Part shown: positions 26,819-39,472 of the stretch, one piece after another
Numbering within the stretch: position 1 is the stretch's first letter
Layout of the letters: each line of letters opens with the position of its first letter
Assembly: GCA_051362555.1 (NCBI GenBank)
Contig: CM120645.1
Span: 1,674,001-1,738,000 of the forward strand
Source: Lingula anatina
Taxonomy: Eukaryota > Animalia > Brachiopoda
Reading direction: 5' to 3'
DNA length: 64,000 bases
Program-made: the position numbers and the translations under genes
The notes under the pieces: model-generated
Told to the model about the DNA's origin: nothing
Database searches by the model: none
Seen by the model: the letters and a program-made list of their open reading frames with translations, nothing else

Positions 26819-28750
26819 ATTGTTATTTTTTTTTATTATTATTTATTGCGGTTCAAGTACATTTTTTACAATGACTATGACCTAACAGTATACATAATAT
26901 AATCATATAACTAAAATTACAATAGTAAATTACAATATTGTTTATACAATAACTGTGATCAGATTTTACAATTGCAGTATACGCTCGTTACTTTGGTTGA
27001 CTAGGTGGTGGTTGGTTGAGAATATTTTTTCTTACCTTATTACACATTGTGATATAGTGGGCCACATTCTTTATAACATGTAAATCGTTTGACTGCATTA
27101 TGCATTTGAACTGACCCTCTGGGGTTTGTGTAGGATCTGGTTTTAGGATCTCCCTGTGTTTGGTGAGTAAGGGGCATTTTAAAAGAAAGTGTATTTCGTT
27201 TTCCACTTCATCTGAGCATAACTTGCAGATCCTTTCTTCAGGGGGTATTGATTTTGGTTTTCGGTATCTGCCTCTTTGGATTTCTAAGTCATGTGCCCCT
27301 GTTCTAAATTTTGCCAAATTTTGCATTTCATGTTTTGGTATAGGTGCTGTTGTGTACGCTTCCCTTTCATAATTTGTTTTAAATAATCGATATGTACGTA
27401 GTATGCTGTTTTCTCGCTCTATTTCTTTGAGAAACAAAAGGGTATAATGACTTTCCAGTGCTTTTTTTACTTCTGCTTTCGAGGGGGTATTAGTCTGTGT
27501 TTTCATTAGATTTTGAGTAATGTATTTGATTTCGCTTGACCAATTTTTTACCTGTGTATCCTGTTTTGTTTCATATTCATACATTGTTTTTGCCAAGCGC
27601 TGCTTTGGCATTTCAGAAAATCTTTGCCAGTAGGATGTAGCATGACCCATTATGTCATGTGTAATTGGGAATCTACCTAGTTCTGCTTTAGCTGCTATAT
27701 TACTGGCATTGCGCCTCACACCTAAAATGTATTTGCAATAGTTATTTTGTACTACTTCGAATGGCAAAGTATTCATGTATTTAAGAGATTTTATGCTTTT
27801 AGATGCGATTGATGGTCCCCAGATTTCGCATCCGTACATCAGTATGGGTTTTATAAGGATATCGAAGAGTTTTAAATATGTCTGGGTCATATTGTGGGTG
27901 GTGGACTGTAAAGCCTGCTTAACTGCAAAAACCGCCTTCATGGCTTTACCTTTCAGATCATCAAGTGCACTTTTGAATGATCCATTCGATTTGAATTTTA
28001 TCCCTAAATAATTATATTCATGTGTTATTTCTATTGTTTGATGGTCTATTGTGAAATTCATGTTTGGTTTTTTGCCTGACTTACTAAATATCATTACTTT
28101 CGTTTTGTTGGTATTGACTGTGAGCTTCCATTTTTTGCAGTAGTCCCCCAGATTGTCAAGACTTTTTTGTAGGCCCTTTGCAGATTTAGATAGAATAACG
28201 AGGTCATCAGCATATAAAAGGTGACTGATTGTAGTGTTGGCATTAATTTTTACGGGATCACATGTGCTATTGAATACATTTTTCATATCATCTATGTAAA
28301 TATTAAAAAGCATTGGACTCAAGCTGTCACCTTGCCTTATTCCTATATCTGTCTTAAAGTAGTTTGTGCGTCTTTGGCCAATTTTGACACACAGCTCTGT
28401 AGTTTGATACATGTGTTTTATTGTTCTATAAAAGTTTCCTCCTATTTTTTGTTTTAATACTTTGAGGAATAGACCTTCAATCCACACGCTATCAAAAGCT
28501 TTTTTAAGATCTATAAAACATGCGTATAACTTATTATTCTTATTGATGAATTGGTTAATAAGGCTGTTTAGAATGAACATATTGTCTGAGGTTCTATATG
28601 TAGGGCGGAACCCTGCTTGTTCTTTAGAAAGAGATTCACATTCTTCGATGTAGGAGAGAAGCCTGGTATTTAGAATTGAAGTGAAAAGTTTTCCTAAACA
28701 GCTGTTTATACAAATTCCTCGGTAGTTTTGTGGGTTCGAGGGATCTCCAG
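26819..28750 (-). mobile_element. 5'-truncated non-LTR retrotransposon (LINE, RTE-X-like), RT plus C-terminal CCHC-type region
   Basis: Open frame from 28748 (GDPSNPQNYRGICINSCLGKLF) to stop at 26988; RT motifs FIDLKKAFDSV, GIRQGDSLSP, YADD, YLGI; C-terminal ERICKLC...HFLLKC; A/TAA-rich 3' tail at ~26819-26847. No endonuclease domain present. Clade is inferred. Confidence 0.9.
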
Positions 28751-29450
28751 ACTAGTTATTACTTACTAGTGACCCAACCAAATAGTTTCATATACTTCAA
28801 ACAGGGTTTTGCAATTTTTTTGTCATTTTCCCAAAGTTCACAGCTTCTGAAAGTCAGAAAAATATTTGCTTGAGTCAGACTCTCGGGTTAATTGAAAGCA
28901 AACATTCAAATAAAAACTTAGCTGTTTGCAAAATAACTTGTGTTATTTTTCTGCTATTATTTATTTCTATTCTTAGAATTTGTGAAAGAATGCAATTCTT
29001 TTTATGTAGATTTTGTACATTCTTCCAATATCTTCCAATGAAAAATAACAGTATTTTGCAAATTCAACAAATATGATCCTATGTCATATTAAGACAAAAT
29101 TAGAAACCCTCATTGGTTAACATTCTCACCTGTATGTCAAAATGAACTGAAAAGTTAATAATGGTCACGTTTCATGAAACACATTAAGAAAACAGCTTAG
29201 CAGACATTAACACATAGCAAAACAAAAATGAAAAGCGGATGTATTTTTCTTACCAATGAATCAAAAATATACCACCCAAGAGCTTCGGAGAAACTGTAAC
29301 CCCTACGTTTAGTTTCTTCAGTTCACATCTTTTCCTATCAATATGCTTAGCTTTAAAACAAAACTTTTTGAAAAAGCAATTCACAACCTTACAGGTCCAC
29401 TACAGAGAAGGAAAATTGTGGATTGGATGTCATCCCTCAGCTAAAAACAA

Positions 29451-29625
29451 GGCCTTATTCAGAACAAAGGACTAACTAGTCCAAGGGTCAAATATGGCAA
29501 CTCGCTACAAAGCTTGCCATCTAATCTGCTAATAAACACTGAATAGTTATCCTGTAGAGAAGTATTCAAGTGGGTCGGCCATATTTGACCCTCGGACTAC
29601 TTAGTTCCCTGTTCTGAATGTGGCC
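29451..29625. mobile_element. PIF/Harbinger-like MITE, family B copy 2
   Basis: Homologous to 12116-12290 (opposite orientation); GGCC termini. Confidence 0.8.
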
Positions 29626-29650
29626 TAAGTCTGAGGCCATGCTTGACTTA

Positions 29651-29876
29651 CACCCCATTTCCATAGATTTTTAGTTTGATCTATCCCTGTGGGAAGTCTC
29701 ACTAGATTACTGTCAGCTTGGTCGGCTTAAGAGTCTGTCCCGCCTACTAAAAGCTGTAAGGGGGTAATTAACTATGGTGCCAGCTCGGCTGACTGCAATT
29801 TAGCGTGAACCCCCAGGGAGTTAGGTCGATCTAAATCTTAATCTTTAGATTGATCTAAATCTCTGGGAAAGCACCC
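29651..29876. mobile_element. PIF/Harbinger-like MITE, family A copy 2
   Basis: Near-identical to 20904-21129; TTA TSD. Confidence 0.88.
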
Positions 29877-30075
29877 TTAAATTATGTAATATAGACAGAG
29901 ATGTGCACTACTCAACACCAAAGTGTGAATAAGCTCCCACTGATAAATACAAACTGGTATGTCTGGTGATGGTATAAAACTGATAATTCACTCACTGTGA
30001 GCTGCCTTCCTGTAATCCTTATAGTTTTAACTATGAAAGTAGTGTGGAATACCCAGTTACTCGCATTCTGTTTAA

Positions 30076-30306
30076 GGGGCCATTTCCATAACACTATCGC
30101 ACTAGCAGGATCGATCTGCCGTTATCTTAAAGGGGACTCTAGCTGAATTGCATTCAGCTTAAGATTGCAAGAAAGTTAATTACTCTCCTAGAATCTTCAG
30201 TAAGCGTGACAGACATTTAAGCTGCTTAAACTGAATGCAATTTAGCGAGAATCCTCTCAGAGTTAGATCGATCCTGCTAGTACGATAGGTTTATAGGAAC
30301 CCAGTC
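30076..30306. mobile_element. Harbinger-like MITE related to family A
   Basis: TAA TSD; internal inverted repeat ctatcgcactagcaggatcgatct / agatcgatcctgctagtacgatag. Confidence 0.7.
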
Positions 30307-30855
30307 TAAGTCCCATCCAGAAGTTGTACAGAATATGCAATAATTTGTTGCAATTAGATTCCCAAGATTTACTTTCACTAATTTGAACATATTGGAGGAA
30401 GGAAAGGATCAAAGAGGAAAAGGAAACAAATGCCATGTTCTCAGTTTGAAAAAGACTTTTTTTTTCAAAAAACTACCCTCCATTCCACAAGCCTTAAGGT
30501 AACACAGGTGGGGAGACGAAGCAGGAGGGAATTTAATAAAGGGCAGAAAATTTGCTGTAATAAACTCAATTTGTTACCTTTTTTCTAATTTAAACTGGAA
30601 CCAGCAGAACTTTTGAACTTTGAGCACAAGTTCTTTTTTAATTGCTCCACATTTGTTTCCCTTCTAGACAAAACAAAATGATGTGGTCAACATATATACA
30701 TGTTTAATAAGTGAGATTAACTTATGCGAAAAATATGTAATTATCACAGGAATTTCCTCATCATCATCATGCAACATTAAATTTATAAGACTGATCCTCT
30801 GCTTCGGATAACATTGAGTGTCCATGCGTGTGCATGTTTTGCTCTTGCACCACAT

Positions 30856-30915
<60 letters not shown>

Positions 30916-31303
30916 AATTAAGAGACCAATCAAATATCTAATCACATATATGTCATTAACCTCACATGGCCTCTTCTACCATCAACCACACAATGATAAT
31001 TATCTTAAACTGGACCACCCACCAACACAATTACATCTAAGTCTGATCATATTAGAGGGTCTATAAGAGTTCAATACCAGACAAGCCTATAAATAGTTAG
31101 AAGATTGTTCAATTACCAAGCTTTGTTATTTCAAATTGATATGAAGGCGTGTTACCACTGAACGTTCTCTCAGAAGCTCTGTATGTGAGTATGCTTATAT
31201 ACTGATATGAAAAAACTCCTGAAACATTTCAACTTCCCATGTAACATTCCACACATAATGGGTCTCCTCATAATCTGTTATTACACTATTATGATCAAAC
31301 TTA

Positions 31304-31471
31304 GACCCTATTCCCACAGATTTTAGATCGATCTATCCCTGTGGGGAGTCTTACTAGATTACTGTCAGCTTAGCCAGCTTAAATGTCCGTCCCCTCTACT
31401 AAATTTAGCGTGAACCCCCAGGGAGTTAGGTTGGTCTAGATGTATATTTCTAAATCTATGGGAATGCAGTC
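31304..31471. mobile_element. Family A MITE, internally deleted copy 3
   Basis: Same core (ttagatcgatctatccc...gtgaacccccagggagttagg) with an internal deletion. Confidence 0.75.
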
Positions 31472-31650
31472 ATAGGCAGTAAATGTTGGTCTCTCTCCAG
31501 GGAACACTGAGAGACATTAATGTCCTGAAACACAGAATGATGTATAAAAAATAAATCTCTTTGTAAAATGTGTTGGAACGCATATCAACAGATCCCAAAA
31601 CATGCTAAGCTGATATAATGTCGAAGCTAATGTCTGTATGTGACTGCTTA

Positions 31651-31909
31651 GGCTTCGTTCACATGCAATGTCTATTTTCTAATTTCTATTTTCTATTTGC
31701 GGTATGTCTTATGATCACGGTCTGTGGCCTGAATATCCCGCGGCGTAATTACTGGCAGTGCGAGCCAGTTACTATAAGTTACTATAAGTAACTGGCTCGC
31801 GCTGCCAGTAATTACGCCGCGGGATATTCAGGCCACAGACCGTGATCATAAGACATACCGCAAATAGAAAATAGAAATTAGAAAATAGACATTGCATGTG
31901 AACGAAGCC
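31651..31909. mobile_element. Near-perfect palindromic (foldback) MITE, Harbinger-like
   Basis: 123-bp arms (31651-31773 / 31787-31909) with one mismatch, 13-nt loop, TTA TSD. Confidence 0.92.
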
Positions 31910-33401
31910 TTAGTCACAAATAGAAGTAAATAATATCATATATGGGTTAATAGCAGCAGGAAGTCATCAGTGAAAAAAATTGAAGCAAAAAAAACTTCAC
32001 CAACCCTCTGCAAGCTTGGTATCTCTCAGGTATCCTTTTTGCCTGACTTTTCTGGCATTTTATTTTTATTCCAAAACAAAAATAGGGTGACAGATGCTGA
32101 GTAGGCATTGGGTAGGGGGGGGGGGGGGGTGTTTAGCCCCCATCTTCTTCCTCCATGAAAGTAAGGATGCTATGGTAATCTGCCCACTTCATTAATCCAA
32201 GCACATCAAACATGCTTTCTGTGAATTTTTTTAAATTTGTTGTTGTAAAATCATCAAATGGACACAGGTGTACAATAAAATGTTTAACTAATCTAATCAG
32301 ACAAATCCAAACACATCCTTCAAGATAAACTAAAACAGAAGAAAATACAGTGTTCATTTTTTCTTCTGTAAGTTAATTTTTAATTTTTTTAAAATTTTCA
32401 TGACATGAAATGATAATCTCAAAACCTGACATCTATTAACTCTATACAGGATCTATCAAGGGCTGGCAATTTTGCATGAAATTTTCATCATGTAATAAAC
32501 AAGATTTAAAATATTTGACAATCCGAGGTCATTTGATCATTGATTTGATGAAAACCAAGTAATTTATCAGACTCAAAGAAAAAAATGTGTTAGACCTTTC
32601 GGTTGCTGACAAACAACTTAATTACATTATTGATTACGATAAGGGACTGGAATTGTTGGTCTAATCTACAGATTGATGCAGATCAAAAGTACTTTTTCGC
32701 ATGTAAATTGGTTATTTGTGGAAGGAGGCATGACATTTGCAATTTTTCACAAGATTATCACGCATAACCAAATGCTCAATGAGGGTTAGAAATCTGCTCA
32801 ACTAAAGTCTTACTCTTCAGTCTATGTGAATAAACCAAAATTAAGAAGAAAATTTTTTCCATAATCCAAATTCAAAAGCTGACTGCATCGTCATGCCTTA
32901 TAACACTTGTACCATTTTGGACATAGTGAATTCCCATGCACATGTTCAAAAGCGCAGGTGCTGGCACACACAAACACACGCACGCACACAAACATTATTA
33001 CAAGCTAACAAGAACAGTAATGTCAGGTAAAACTTGGGTCACGTATCATAATTTCGAGCTTTAACTGGACACAAAATACTCAAATGGTCTGGTTAACGGA
33101 ATTTACAAAATATATGATAGGTTTCTGATGTAATGAACCACGCCTACTTGCCCTGATATTATATTCTGCAGAGTTTAATTTAAAACTGTCCATGCATTGG
33201 TCAGTTTGGCATCAGCAAAGACCTTGCAGCTAAATATAAACCAAGGCATACAATAAACTTAATGCACATAAGCAAAGGTCACAGTGACAGTACAGAGACT
33301 GGGTTGTATTTTTTCTATTGCTATTATAACATTTCCTTTAACACTTATTATAGTTGAAAGTGTGTAACTGAATTTGGAATGACTTTTATTTATTTTAAGG
33401 T

Positions 33402-33464
<63 letters not shown>

Positions 33465-34887
33465 CGTTTCCACTTGCAAGAACCAACCACCACTAAGCAA
33501 CAGTATTTATAGCTCAGTTTTCATTAAACTATTCTTGGGGAACAAATGACTCCCCAACCACAAAGCACCTTTTACCATTTCTGTGTTTTGTGTGCCAGTC
33601 AGGAATAATAAGCTTGCAATTGGCATCTTTGCCCAGAAACCTTTACCACAGGCCTTGTTTCATGAAACTATTCTTAGCTACTAGCTGCCAATGTGGTATT
33701 ATTCCATATTTCTACCAAGAAGGCAGAAGTGGCAAACCAATTATGAAGTTATAAGCTGAGCATGACTTCACGAAAAAGTCCTCAGGTTTAAATTTCTCCC
33801 TTAACTATATAGATCATATAATATACTTATATTTCAGTCAGCTGAGTTGACAAAACACTTCAAAAACACTAAACACGTGTTCCCCTTACCTTTCATTCTT
33901 CCCTGGACCACTGCTACTGTTTGCTGCACTGATGCCTATAGTCCACTGGTGAATGAGACTCTATAGGGGCCCATCCTGAGAATAAGATGCTGCTGCCACC
34001 TTTCTGTTGCCAGGAAAACTAAACTAAACATCTGCTGCAGGCGGTTTTTAACAAGCAAATTTAGTTTTGTATTTTAAGTAAAATTAAGGACATGAACCTT
34101 TTTAAGAAATCATTATTTGCTGAGATGTGAAAGAACAATGCAAAAAAAAAACATTTGGCAAAACAGTTGGCAGCAGGTAAAATTTATCTGAAATCCATGC
34201 CACAACAAAACTACTAGTGAAACAGTTACCCTAAAAACCAAAAAAGAGGTGTGAAAAAATAATAATAAACTGAAAAATTAAACATTTAGCAAATTAAATG
34301 TGCAAAAAGTAGGCTGAAATGTTCAACTTATGCAGTACAAAAAAAATACATCCACTTATAAATGCAGTCACAGCAACAACTTTATTATATCTGTAAGTGA
34401 AGGAAAAGATATATGCACTAACTGTAATTACACAGCAAAGCCTGCAAATATACAAACACCAAACAGCAAAAACAGTGCAACAACAGTCACAGATAAGAAA
34501 ACATAAAATAACAATGTCTGTATATAAAAAGGCGATGCACATTTATGTCAACCTTAATAGAAGTACAATTAAATGCTGACACTACACACCAAAGGAAACC
34601 AAATCATAAAATTAAGACAGAAATAACAGGGTTCGAAGGATTAAATGGGGGTCAACAAGTTAAACCACTTCTTCTGTGTTATTTTCCTAATTGAGATTAA
34701 AAATTCCAAGATCAAAATTTTCCAATTTATAATTAAAGACCAAATCAAATCTCAATGTATTATTTTTTTCCATTAGAGGGGGAGAGGAGAGAGAGGGAGA
34801 AGAAATAAAAGGTCAGAAGTGATTTTAATTTATTTCTAAGAATGTAATTCAGGCATTCAGTATTCTTCAAGAAACATGTGAACAAAC

Positions 34888-35141
34888 CTTTTTTCCTTAT
34901 CTCCACCCTTTTCTATATCCATTCCATTTGCATCATCAATAACATCCTTTGTGGAAACATCAGCAGTAACAGCATCAACAACATCAGCACTGCCAACAAC
35001 AGGAGCAGCAACACTCGGTGTTTCAGGTGTTACAATTTCAGGTAACTCGTCATCATCATCATCAATGAACACATCATCGTCTCCATCCTCGTCATCTTCA
35101 CAGAATCTGACAGATCTCTGTTCTGTTGCATTGGAAGACAT
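34888..35141 (-). CDS. First coding exon of an unidentified gene (acidic, low-complexity N-terminus MSSNATEQRSVRFCEDDED...)
   Basis: Acceptor tcttcag before 35192, ATG at 35141, donor AG|gtttgt at 34888; open acidic frame. Downstream coding exons were not confidently found. Confidence 0.6.
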
Positions 35142-35899
35142 GTTGGTCAGTTTACATACATAGCCCTGAGTTAGAATTACTGTGGTCCTTCCCTGAAGAT
35201 ACGTTAACAACATGGATAGACAAGTGAAGATGCCATTAATTTTAGCAGGAAATAAAACAAAAAGAAACTAGAAAATAACATTTATGAATTTTTTAAAAAA
35301 AATAAATACACTGTGAGAGAGAGAGAGAGAGAGAGAGAGGAATATTGTCAATATCAAAAACAAAGCAGGTATTCTGTACGTGAATTGCCTGCCAAAATGA
35401 TTTTTCCTTATATAGGGTTAAAGATTAAAGTTTTCAATAAGGGAAGATAAATATCTTTGCAAAATATACGTAGACATAAAAAATATGACTTGGGCCAAGT
35501 TTGGGGCAATTTCAAACGAGTACAGTGTACCTTCAACTTTAAAAAAGAACATTTTGCGCTTAAATGTTTGACGAGTAAGACATACCAAATGCAGTATTTG
35601 TTTTTATAAGTATTGTATCAGTCGAACGCCCCTGAAGTACCTTCCTCAAGAAGGATAACCTACCTCTGAACCGTGAACTCTGTGAGTGACCTAGATTCTC
35701 ATTCTTTTTGGAACCTGTTGACCTACTTATACTCAAGAGGAGCTTAGTGTGAGCAAGAGTGAAAATTTCATTGAAAAACACACCTCACTTTATTGAATAA
35801 AAGACGCATATTTGATTCTGTGTTTTAAATAGATTTTTAAAAGCTTTTTTTAGAAACCTCATCTTTTGCATCCAAGTCAAAAAAAAAAATGTGTCCTCC

Positions 35900-36060
35900 T
35901 CATCGACACATTGGCGACACCTGACGTTGATTTTTGTGCGGAAGTTGTGCAACATCAAAACAAGCGCATGTGACGCGTGACATTGCACCACAGGTGATCA
36001 ATGACCAAACAAGTACTGTATATAAAACGGTTGTCGGGTGTCTTTGAATGACCAAAGGGA
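35900..36060. promoter_or_regulatory. Putative bidirectional promoter
   Basis: CpG-richer patch between divergent genes with CGGAAGT (ETS-like), gcgcatgtg and TATATAAAA at ~36018. Confidence 0.45.
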
Positions 36061-36705
36061 TTAAACGACAACAGCAGAAGACAGAGCTGTAAGCAGTGGA
36101 GAAAAAATAGGAGCGTAATTAGAAGAGGAGAGCCTGGCTTCAAGGTAGCTGAGACAGGAATGCAGTAGTTAATCGTGAAGTTATTTGAGCTTTATCATGA
36201 TGTTATTACCTTGTTTTACCCCCCTGCACTGTTAGTGTTTCTCCTCCATTCCGAGATCATCGTTACTCCTCACAAAGTTACTAAGGAAAATTCTGTTATC
36301 TTACCCTCACCGTTTCTCCCCTTGCTGTTTGGAAAATTTTGACACTTTCTGTTCCTAGTTTTGACATTGGAAATGAAACAAAAACTAGCAGGTAATGAAC
36401 GTTTTAAAATAAATGCAGTGACATGATTTGCCTCATGCCCTGGTGAACAGATACCAATTTTCTGTTGTTAGTCAATCTGTACAGGTTGGATACATCATAA
36501 TTAAATTACTCATTTAATCATTATTCTAAATAAGTGGCATTAGAATTGTATTTTATATTATAGTATCTGGTATTTATATCATATTTCAAACAGATACTTA
36601 TGTGTTTTTTAGCATCAACTTCATTTTAGTCTCTTTCTGTTTTATTTTCCATAATTCTCTCCAGTCTTCAGTCAATGACAGGGAAGTGAGAGTGAAGAAT
36701 CTACC

Positions 36706-38442
36706 ATGAATATGGATATAGCAGGGGAAGTAGAAAAGATAAAAACCCTGTTTGGCAAAGGAGTGAAGATTATCAAGGATGTTGGAGATTTCCTATATGT
36801 GATAGACATCAAACCAAATGCAGAATGGGATCTAACCTTCAAGTTTCAGATTCCAAGTATGGACATTTTTTACTTCTTGTATGTTTAAATATGTGAAATA
36901 TTTTTATTTCTGAATCAATGAAAGATAGTGTAAAAAACAAAATTTCTTACAATTCAATGTGTCATTTTATATTTAATGAGTATTTAAGAACTCAGGAGAA
37001 ATCATTCTTGGTAAATTCCGGATGTATAAACTTGCCATTATCCATATAAATATCTGTTTTCAGAAGAAACAGGATCAAATATATCAGAAGTTATTGCCAG
37101 ATCACAGGCCCTGGACATGGAGCAGTTATCTGAATTGTCCAAGCACCTGCAAGAAAAGCTGACCGGCAGTTGTGTCCAGGGAGAGTTCTTTGAAGAGGTT
37201 CTCACAGCAGGGCAGGAGTGGATAAAAAGCCACGGTCTTGAAGAACAGGTGGCCTGTACGACTTGTAAAGGATCAAAAGGGAACCCGACATGTAAAAAAT
37301 CCAAAGAAAAGAGAAAAAAGAAACCGAAAGAGAAAGAGGAAAAAGATGAAAAGAAACCATCAATGAAAACGGCTATGGACGTCATCAAGAGGATATTATG
37401 GGATGGCAGCCTGGACTCGGATGACTTTGTAATTGGTTACTTGGATCGTTTCCGTGGAGTCATTGAGAAAGATTTCTCAGAATTTTCATGGGAGGACATA
37501 GCCTCAGTAGATTACGACACATTAGCGATTCCAAAACATAGGATTGTATATTTCAAGTACAAGGACCTGATAGTGTGGCATAAGACCAGGAGATTTGACC
37601 ATGTGTTCGGGTCTGCGGGAAAACCCAGTAAGACAATCATGGAGGTGATTGACCAGTATGAAGAGAACTTGAAGAATAACAGGGCAGAGGAAGAGGAGGA
37701 AGAGGAAGCCGAAGGTTCTAGTCTAGACTCTGATGATGACAGCGATGATGGCATAGAAGTGACAATTGATACTGAGGAGAACAATCTTTGCCTTGATGAT
37801 GAAGGTGAAGAAGTCTGTGACAGTGAATACTGGACTGATAAGTTGAGACCCAATCACTTCATAGCTGTCCGAATAACCAGCCCAGACATCGTAGAAACGG
37901 TTGCAAACATCCAGGACGCCATCTTGGAAGTTGAACCCCGCTACGAGAGTTGCATAGTGCCCCCCAATGCTCTTCACCTAACACTATGTGTCCTACGATT
38001 GGACGGAAAGGAAGCAATAGCTCATGCAGTGGAAACTTTAAAATCAATTCAGTCCGAGTTGCAGGCCATAGCTGCAAAGGGAATCAAACTTCATCTCGAA
38101 GGGACTGGCGTTTTCTACGGCAGAGTGCTGTACGCCAAGGTCCATCACGAGTCAGTTTTCACTGAATTTCTACATCATCTCCAAGTCTGTCTCAGTGCAG
38201 AAGGACTCCCCATAAAAGATGCCCATGAATTTGTCCCCCATGTAACTATAATGAAAACCACACGCCCAGTGTCTCGACAACTGGGGACGAAGACCATTAA
38301 TCCCTATATCCAAGAGCATTTTAAGGACACGGTTTTTGGCAACCAGTGCATTCAGTCCATTCATTTGTGTGCTATGGGAGATGAGAGAAGAGAGGACGGG
38401 TTTTATATGTGTCCAGTCAGTTTAGACTTCTCTGTTCAGTAG
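36706..38442 (+). CDS. LENG9: LENG9-like protein: possible RWD-like N-terminus, MJ1316/DUF504 domain, acidic linker, AKAP7-like 2H phosphoesterase
   Basis: Exons 36706-36856 and 37064-38442 join in frame (phase 1). MKTAMDVIKRILWD...GYLDRF.G...IPKHRIVYFKY...W matches MJ1316; the two HxT motifs (LHLTL, PHVTI) are those of the 2H fold. Confidence 0.85.
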
Positions 38443-38756
38443 GGGAGCTTTTAATACAAAAAAAAAACTTACATTTTTTATGTGATACATGATTATGTCG
38501 TTTACTTGGAAGATTTAAAAGAATAATTTTATATAGTGGAGAAAGAGTCAAAGAATTCACCAACGGATCAGGGTGTAAAGTGTAGCCAATAGTTTTTTTT
38601 TACAAATTGCTTCTTTATCAATTTTTTTTCAAATGATGTTTGAATAAGACTTCTGATTTAAAAAAAAGTCCAGTTTTTTTTTTTTTTTGTTTTTTTGTAT
38701 CGTATGCATATTTTATTCCAAATCAGAAAATGAGTTTTCTACCTCTTTCCAATTAA

Positions 38757-39472
38757 AGGGATAACAACTTCATTTTCGAAAAAAAAAAGTTTTTTTTCCT
38801 GGGGTAAACAATTTTTTTATCAAACAAATTGTCTGCAGTGGCATTATGTGTAATACAATTATCTGGGTGTGAAAATTTTGGCCCCCATAACCCTAAGCCC
38901 AGTAAATGCACAGTCTGTATCTTAATTATTGATGAGACTGATGCTTCAAATAATCTTTGAAAGCAGTTAAAGGGATAACAATTGTTCATTTTAGTCAAAA
39001 AATGATTTTCCTGGGGTAAGCAACAATTTTCCCATACTTAGGCTCTATTCCCATAGATTTTATATCGATCTATCCCGGCGGGGAGTCTCACTTGATTACT
39101 TTCAGGTAATCCGACTTAAATGTCCGTTCCGCCTACTACAAGCTGTAAGGGGGTAATTAACTTTCGTGTCCGCCCGGCTGACAGCTATTTAGCGTGAACC
39201 CCCAGGGAGTTAGGTCGATCTTAAGTAGGTCGATCTAATCTATGGAAATGGGGTGTTAGTAATGGTTAATGGATCCATTTCTACATTCAAAGTTATTCCC
39301 TTTTTTAATAATCGCTTAAGAGATTATTACAGAGTATAGTCATCAGTGGAGGTCACATAGTCTGATGCTTTAAATGCTATTTTTGAGGTAAAAGAAAATA
39401 TGGTATACTTCTATGAATTGTTTACAATCATAGTTTTATTGTGAAATTCTCATAGGAAGGGTTGTTATCCCT
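38757..39472. mobile_element. Non-autonomous Kolobok-like element with nested MITE
   Basis: TTAA-AGGGATAACAAC ... GTTGTTATCCCT-TTAA; second left-end copy at ~38970; contains family A MITE. Confidence 0.7.
39041..39255. mobile_element. Family A MITE copy 4
   Basis: Family A core, TTA TSD. Confidence 0.82.

Noticed and set aside
30664-33486. ORFs with (SL)n, (ER)n or poly-P/I runs
   Set aside because: Translations of (GA)n, (TAA)n and poly-C microsatellites.
37038-38364. Antisense ORFs over the LENG9-like gene and the LINE
   Set aside because: Shadow frames of real coding sequence.
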